From: an uncultured bacterium
GTDB lineage: Bacteria > Bacteroidota > Bacteroidia > Chitinophagales > Chitinophagaceae
DNA length: 64,000 nucleotides
Direction: 5' to 3'
NCBI GenBank assembly: GCA_903834825.1
Contig: CAILKQ010000039.1
Coordinates: forward strand, 27,653-91,652
The notes beneath the pieces are model-generated. The model did no database searches, had not been told where the DNA came from, and saw nothing but the letters and a program-made list of their open reading frames with translations. The position numbers were made by a program, and so were the translations under genes. This document shows, piece after piece, positions 59,286 through 64,000 of the stretch. How positions within the stretch are numbered: the first letter of the stretch is position 1; the number at the start of each line of letters is the position of its first letter.

Positions 59286-60639
59286 TGGCCTTGCGCAGGA
59301 CAATCTTTGAAGAAGCATTTCGCTGGGGAGCCCTCTCGGAGCTGAAACTTCTTTGGCCTGACCTTTCTGAGAAACCAGATCTCTGGGGAGCCCGTTCAGA
59401 TGAACCATATGACCGCCTGCTCTGCTGATCCTGTGTTCTTTGTGGCGGCATTCTGCGAATATCCATGTTGGAGATTTCCATTGCGTGTGGATGGTTGTCT
59501 ACCACTGGTATAGCATTGCCAATCAGTTTCTGGATGTCGCGCAGGAATTCCCTTTCCTCCTGATCACAAAAGGAAAATGCAATACCACTTGCGCCAGCCC
59601 TGCCCGTACGGCCGATCCTGTGCACATAGGTTTCAGGAACATTGGGCAATTCATAATTGATCACATGGGTAAGGTTGTCAACGTCGATTCCCCTTGCAGC
59701 AATATCTGTTGCAACAAGTACCCGCGTAGCGCCAGATTTAAAGTTGGCCAACGCCCTTTGTCTTGCATTCTGTGACTTGTTGCCATGGATGGCCTCTGCA
59801 CCAATACCGAATTTATGGAGGTCTTTTACAATCTTGTCAGAACCGTGTTTTGTTCTGGCAAAAACCAATGCCCGCTCGATGGCTTCATCTTCAAGCAAGT
59901 GAACCAACAACTTCTTCTTGTCGTCTTTATCGACGTAATACATGGACTGCTGAATGGTTTGTGCTGTAGAGGAAACAGGGGTCACTTCTACCCTGACAGG
60001 CCTGTCCAGAATGCTGTCCGCAAGGGAAGCGATCTCATTGGGCATGGTGGCAGAGAAGAAAAAAGTCTGTCTTTTTGTGGGAAGCTTGGCAATCACCTTC
60101 TTGACATCATGGATGAATCCCATGTCCAGCATCCTGTCTGCCTCGTCCAACACAAATATTTGGATGAAAGCCAAATTGATGAATCCTTGTTGCATCAGGT
60201 CGAGCAACCTTCCTGGTGTTGCCACGAGGATATCGGTGCCGTTGCGGAGGGCAGTGGTTTGTGGATGTTGTGATACGCCACCAAAGACAACAAGGTGTTT
60301 GAGGTCGAGGTGACGGCCATACGCAGCAATGCTTTCGTCAATCTGGATGGCCAGTTCACGGGTTGGGGTAAGAATCAGTGCTTTGATGCTGTTGTATTGC
60401 TTACCGCCGGCCTGTTTGGCCTCGTGAAGATGTTGCAAAATGGGAATGGCAAACGCTGCGGTTTTACCTGTCCCTGTTTGGGCGCATCCCAAAAGATCGC
60501 GGCCAGATAACGCAACGGGGATAGCTTTTTCTTGAATGGGTGTGGGTGTTGTGTACCCTTCTGTGTTGAGCGATCTCAAAATCGGCTCAATGAGGTTTAA
60601 GTCCTTGAATAACAAAATGTATGATTTAAAAGTGGACAC
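59281..60639 (-). CDS. DEAD-box ATP-dependent RNA helicase (RhlE-like) with repetitive basic/Ser-rich tail
   Basis: Q-motif region TPIQEKAIP, then AQTGTGKTAAF, PTRELA, DEAD, SAT, HRIGRTGRAG. Tail SSERAPQRSGFSERSGQRSFSSERAPQRN. The apparent start is GTG and is uncertain. Confidence 0.85.
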   Translation of the reverse strand: MSTFKSYILLFKDLNLIEPILRSLNTEGYTTPTPIQEKAIPVALSGRDLLGCAQTGTGKTAAFAIPILQHLHEAKQAGGKQYNSIKALILTPTRELAIQIDESIAAYGRHLDLKHLVVFGGVSQHPQTTALRNGTDILVATPGRLLDLMQQGFINLAFIQIFVLDEADRMLDMGFIHDVKKVIAKLPTKRQTFFFSATMPNEIASLADSILDRPVRVEVTPVSSTAQTIQQSMYYVDKDDKKKLLVHLLEDEAIERALVFARTKHGSDKIVKDLHKFGIGAEAIHGNKSQNARQRALANFKSGATRVLVATDIAARGIDVDNLTHVINYELPNVPETYVHRIGRTGRAGASGIAFSFCDQEEREFLRDIQKLIGNAIPVVDNHPHAMEISNMDIRRMPPQRTQDQQSRRSYGSSERAPQRSGFSERSGQRSFSSERAPQRNASSKIVLRKAN

Positions 60640-60773
60640 CTGATCCTGTCAGATGTTATATAACCTGCCCTAAAATGACCTGATGAACTTTGACACGTAA
60701 GAATAACAGGGCTGTCGAGAGACTATATGAATACTGCAAAGGTACATCAAAAGGGCATCCCAACCAAAACAGG

Positions 60774-61394
60774 CTATGGCATCAACCAGGTAGCACTGGA
60801 TAAGCTGCCATCGCTATAGGTAAAACCAGCCCTTTGGTTGCCTTTGCTATGGGTGTAATACCATTCCATCCAATCGATGCAAGTTTCAACCACGACGAAG
60901 TGCTGAAATCCTGATTCACTTTCTTCTATCGAATAATCAAAAGCAGTCAATGCCTCATTGAGGCCTGTTGAAGGTTGATCAAGTTCGGTTGATGGCGGCT
61001 GGTCGGTCATGTAATACCTGCGGCTGTGGTGACCGGTCTTGGCCCACTGCTCGTTACAAAGAGCATCCAAATGATGGACGATGGCATGGCCACTCAAGCG
61101 AATCTGGGCACGAAGGGTTTGGTCGTATACCAGCCAGCTGAGGTGTTCATTCCGGTTGATGTCCTCCATTTTCTTGCTCCTGTTGTCGGTATGCAAATAG
61201 ATTTTTTTGGATCCTGCATCCACCCTTCTCAGCACAACCGTCCGCATGAATGCACGGTTGTCTTTAGCAGTGGATATAACCGCTTGGTGCATGGCGCTTT
61301 TTCTGTTGGTGGCTCCTTCTACCAGCATTTCCCAGCAAAGGCTTTCAACGAAAGGAAGGTCAATGATTTGTTCTGGTTCAATGGGTAACAACAA
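60774..61394 (-). CDS. Pyridoxamine 5-prime-phosphate oxidase family (FMN-binding split barrel) protein
   Basis: AVISTAKDNRAFMRTVVLRRVD...KIYLHTDNRSKKMEDI..NEHLSWLVYD...QIRLSGHA follows the PNPOx-like pattern. Confidence 0.7.
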   Translation of the reverse strand: MLLPIEPEQIIDLPFVESLCWEMLVEGATNRKSAMHQAVISTAKDNRAFMRTVVLRRVDAGSKKIYLHTDNRSKKMEDINRNEHLSWLVYDQTLRAQIRLSGHAIVHHLDALCNEQWAKTGHHSRRYYMTDQPPSTELDQPSTGLNEALTAFDYSIEESESGFQHFVVVETCIDWMEWYYTHSKGNQRAGFTYSDGSLSSATWLMP

Positions 61395-61409
61395 AGCGGC
61401 TGATTTAAA

Positions 61410-64000
61410 TTATTGCTTTACGGTTTCCGGCATCTGGACAGCGATCATTTTACCTGAAGACTTCATCACAATACCTGCCGCCTCTTTGATATCTGCAACA
61501 GACAATGCATTGAAGTATTTTTCGGCATTCAGGATGCGATCAGCGGTGGTTTCGCTCCTGTTAATGGATTGCAATACAGAGAGCCAGTATTCATTTGTTT
61601 TTGCATCTACCTTGTATTTTTCCACCCAGGCTTTTTTAACCTTGTCTATATAAGGTTGTGCAACGCCTACTTCCGACATCTTCTTCAATTCATGGTTAAA
61701 GGCGGCAATGAGTGTATCCACTTTTGCTGGCCCACAAGGCAATTGAAGCACCAGCTGGAACCGGCCAGTTGGAATTTTACTGTATTCAATACTGGCATTG
61801 CCCCCATAGATTCCCTGGATTTTTTCTCGCATCTCTTCTGTGATGATGATATTCATGGCATCTCCCATTCCACTGAACTTCAGGGCAGTTGATTCGGAAT
61901 AGGGAATCTCACCATGTAAAATACCAATGATCAGGCTCTTGTCTTCCTTCCCTTTTTTAAACCTAAAATCATTTGTTCCGGTGAAGAGTTTCACCTTGTT
62001 GTCTGTGAAAGTTGATTTGCCTGTAGCGGGTAATCCAGCGACATATTTTTCCAATAGCGCTATCATTTCCTTTTCATCAAAACTTCCAACAATGACAATG
62101 TTCATTCCACCGATATCTCCCAACCGCTCTTTGTAAATGGCCAGTGATCGGTCAAGATCAATCTTGTCAAAATTTTCAAGTTTTGGGACAGCCGTTGGTG
62201 CCAGGGGATTGTTGTTGTACAAAACCTTGGTCAGGGTATCAATGAATGCAACCTGTGGGTTGGCGCCCAGCATGGCCACCTGGGCTTTCCCCCGCTGGAT
62301 CACAGATGTGTACAGGGCACTGTCTTTCCGGGGTTCCCTTACATAAAGGTTGAGCAACTGGAAAAGGGTTTCGATATCTTTCTTGCTACTGCTTCCTGAA
62401 AATCCTGCGGTATAATTGGAAATGGATGGCCTGAGCGTGGCCGCCTTTCCTGCCATTGCTTTTCCCAGATCGGTTGGACTGAACGCGCCCACGCCCATGC
62501 TGGAGACCATGGTAACGGCATTCTCTGCACTGTATTTGTCTTTCAAGGAATAGTTGGACAATCCGCCATACCTGGAGGCAGAAAACAAGATCTGATCGTT
62601 TTTGAAATCAGTCACCTTGAGGGATACCTTTACGCCGTTGGAAAGGACCAATTCTGTTGTGCCGAGCAATGTATTTTTTGTACTGCTGACCATTTTCCCT
62701 GACTTAGGGATGTTTGTAAGCAAATTGGTGGCAATCAATTTTTCCTCGTATGGCTTGATGCCAGGGTCACTGGCCTTTGCATCGAGCATGGCCACGATGT
62801 TGTCTGTGGAAGGGATTTTTGCCCCTGATGCAGGGCCCATCACATAGGTAAACCTGTTCTTCTCATTTTTAAAAAGATCTGTGATGGCATTCACCTCAGC
62901 AAGCTGGATGGTAGGCAACAATTGCTTGATCATCTGAAACTCGGCATCAATGCCCGGAACAGCTTCATTGTCTGTAAAATTCCTGATGTATTCATCTGCA
63001 AACTGGCTTGACTCCGTTTTATCACGGTTGTTCCAACTCCTCTCATACGCACTGATGATATTTTTTCTGGCTCTTTCGAGTTCAGCTTCTGTAAATCCAA
63101 ATCGCTTTACCCGCTCCACCTCAGTGAGGGTGGCGTCTATTCCTTTTTGCACATCGTTGGTTCCTGTGCTGCCTTCGATGCTGAAAGATTGATAATTTTT
63201 GGCATAGCCACCAAAATTGGCACCAGCATAAACAAAGGGAGGATTTTCTTTTTGGGTGAGTTCGCGCAGGCGATTGCCCAATAGCGAGGTATACAAATTG
63301 TTCAGCAATTCTTTCCTGTACTCACCAATGGTCTGTGGGTTTTGAAAAGGCATTGCCGGATAGTTGATGGAAAACTCATAGCCTGTGGCTTCTTTGTCGG
63401 TAACAACCATGGCCTTGTTTTCTGCGTAAGCAGGAACACCGGCAAAATCACGTTTTCTGTTGGAAGCAGAACGGATGGATGAAAAATGTTTGGTGATGTA
63501 TTTCATTGCATCGGCTTTTGAAATATCGCCAACCACCACCACAGCCATCAGATCAGGCCTGTACCACTCTTTGTAAAAACGCCTGATAGCAGCTGGATTG
63601 AATGTTTTGATGATGCTGTCTACACCGATAGGAAGGCGTTGTGCATATTTGGAACCCTTGAAAAGTTCAGGATAGATTTTCTTGAACATCCGCTCCTCCC
63701 CACTTTTACCCATGCGGCTTTCTTCAAGGATAATGGCTCGCTCGCTGTTGATGTCTTCATCGAGGTATGTCACCTGGTGTGCCCAATCCTCCAGGATCTG
63801 AAACCCTTTTTCAAGATTAGAGGGCTGGTCAGTTGGAATGGGCAGAATATATACGGTTTCATCAAAGCTGGTATAGGCATTCAGGTCGTTACCAAATTCG
63901 ACCCCTATGCTTTGCAAGTAAGAAACAATATCATTTTTCTTGAAATTTTTTGTGCCATTGAAAGCCATGTGCTCGGCCATGTGGGCCAAACCCTGTTGAT
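61410..64000 (-). CDS. M16 (pitrilysin) family zinc peptidase, two-module form; N-terminus beyond the right edge
   Basis: The reading frame stays open to base 64000 (..QQGLAHMAEHMAFNGT), so the TTG at 63989 is not the start. The HxxEH zinc motif is HMAEH. EE..R and a second inactive-type M16 half follow. More than 860 aa lie inside the window. Confidence 0.85.
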   Translation of the reverse strand, partial: QQGLAHMAEHMAFNGTKNFKKNDIVSYLQSIGVEFGNDLNAYTSFDETVYILPIPTDQPSNLEKGFQILEDWAHQVTYLDEDINSERAIILEESRMGKSGEERMFKKIYPELFKGSKYAQRLPIGVDSIIKTFNPAAIRRFYKEWYRPDLMAVVVVGDISKADAMKYITKHFSSIRSASNRKRDFAGVPAYAENKAMVVTDKEATGYEFSINYPAMPFQNPQTIGEYRKELLNNLYTSLLGNRLRELTQKENPPFVYAGANFGGYAKNYQSFSIEGSTGTNDVQKGIDATLTEVERVKRFGFTEAELERARKNIISAYERSWNNRDKTESSQFADEYIRNFTDNEAVPGIDAEFQMIKQLLPTIQLAEVNAITDLFKNEKNRFTYVMGPASGAKIPSTDNIVAMLDAKASDPGIKPYEEKLIATNLLTNIPKSGKMVSSTKNTLLGTTELVLSNGVKVSLKVTDFKNDQILFSASRYGGLSNYSLKDKYSAENAVTMVSSMGVGAFSPTDLGKAMAGKAATLRPSISNYTAGFSGSSSKKDIETLFQLLNLYVREPRKDSALYTSVIQRGKAQVAMLGANPQVAFIDTLTKVLYNNNPLAPTAVPKLENFDKIDLDRSLAIYKERLGDIGGMNIVIVGSFDEKEMIALLEKYVAGLPATGKSTFTDNKVKLFTGTNDFRFKKGKEDKSLIIGILHGEIPYSESTALKFSGMGDAMNIIITEEMREKIQGIYGGNASIEYSKIPTGRFQLVLQLPCGPAKVDTLIAAFNHELKKMSEVGVAQPYIDKVKKAWVEKYKVDAKTNEYWLSVLQSINRSETTADRILNAEKYFNALSVADIKEAAGIVMKSSGKMIAVQMPETVKQ

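Noticed and set aside
59286-59408. N-terminal part of the 102-aa ORF 59100..59408 as a real gene
   Set aside because: This part overlaps the helicase tail in another frame and shows no TolC-like or other motifs. Only the last ~61 codons resemble a known protein end, so I treat it as a relic rather than a live gene.
1-64000. Search for CRISPR arrays, tRNA/rRNA genes, transposases, integrases, prophage or toxin-antitoxin pairs
   Set aside because: I found no array of regularly spaced direct repeats and no tRNA-like T-arm (GGTTCGAAT-type) in any intergenic region. No ribosomal RNA signature and no transposase, integrase or phage-like translations turned up either. The only tandem repeats lie inside coding regions.

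Overview
A densely packed 64-kb chromosomal window that appears to come from a member of the Bacteroidota. Support: three secreted proteins with T9SS C-terminal sorting domains, a PorP/SprF gene, SprB repeats, and -33 TTTG / -7 TAnnTTTG promoter boxes. I support about 50 protein-coding genes, mostly in long same-strand runs with tiny or negative intergenic gaps. I recognised no rRNA, tRNA, CRISPR array, transposase or integrase. Both window edges cut genes: a TonB-dependent receptor at the left (missing from the ORF track) and an M16 peptidase at the right.

Gene content:
- Glycan and amino-sugar genes: GH2, GH95-like, alginate-lyase-fold, GH33 sialidase, a second BNR protein, CBM9-like and GHL10-like proteins.
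- Metal-related genes: SCO1, YHYH, YHS, and a DtxR-family regulator with an Nramp transporter.
- Housekeeping genes: Nfu, PnuC, a DEAD-box helicase, a GT9 heptosyltransferase.

Most worth a second look:
1. A six-gene ECF-sigma operon that extends the usual sigma/anti-sigma/CpxP-like triad with three consecutive lipoproteins (YHYH, MORN, SCO1). It is a candidate metal or envelope-stress module.
2. A signal-peptide-bearing, about 474-aa glutamate-racemase-like protein with both catalytic Cys motifs and large insertions.
3. An eight-gene same-strand locus joining DUF1800/DUF1501 to a sialidase, a NanM-like protein, a NagB-like protein, a Gfo/Idh/MocA oxidoreductase and two transporters, with no NanA lyase.
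4. A 1076-aa tandem fusion of two paralogous FAD-oxidoreductase modules next to GH2.
5. A pair of inverted 16-bp DtxR-box-like operators lying on a textbook Bacteroidota promoter, in front of a translationally coupled mntR and mntH-Usp fusion.
6. A 479-aa membrane-spanning protein with an exported domain and a cytoplasmic helix-turn-helix-like tail.

All functional calls rest on motifs read by eye from the translations. No database search was run.
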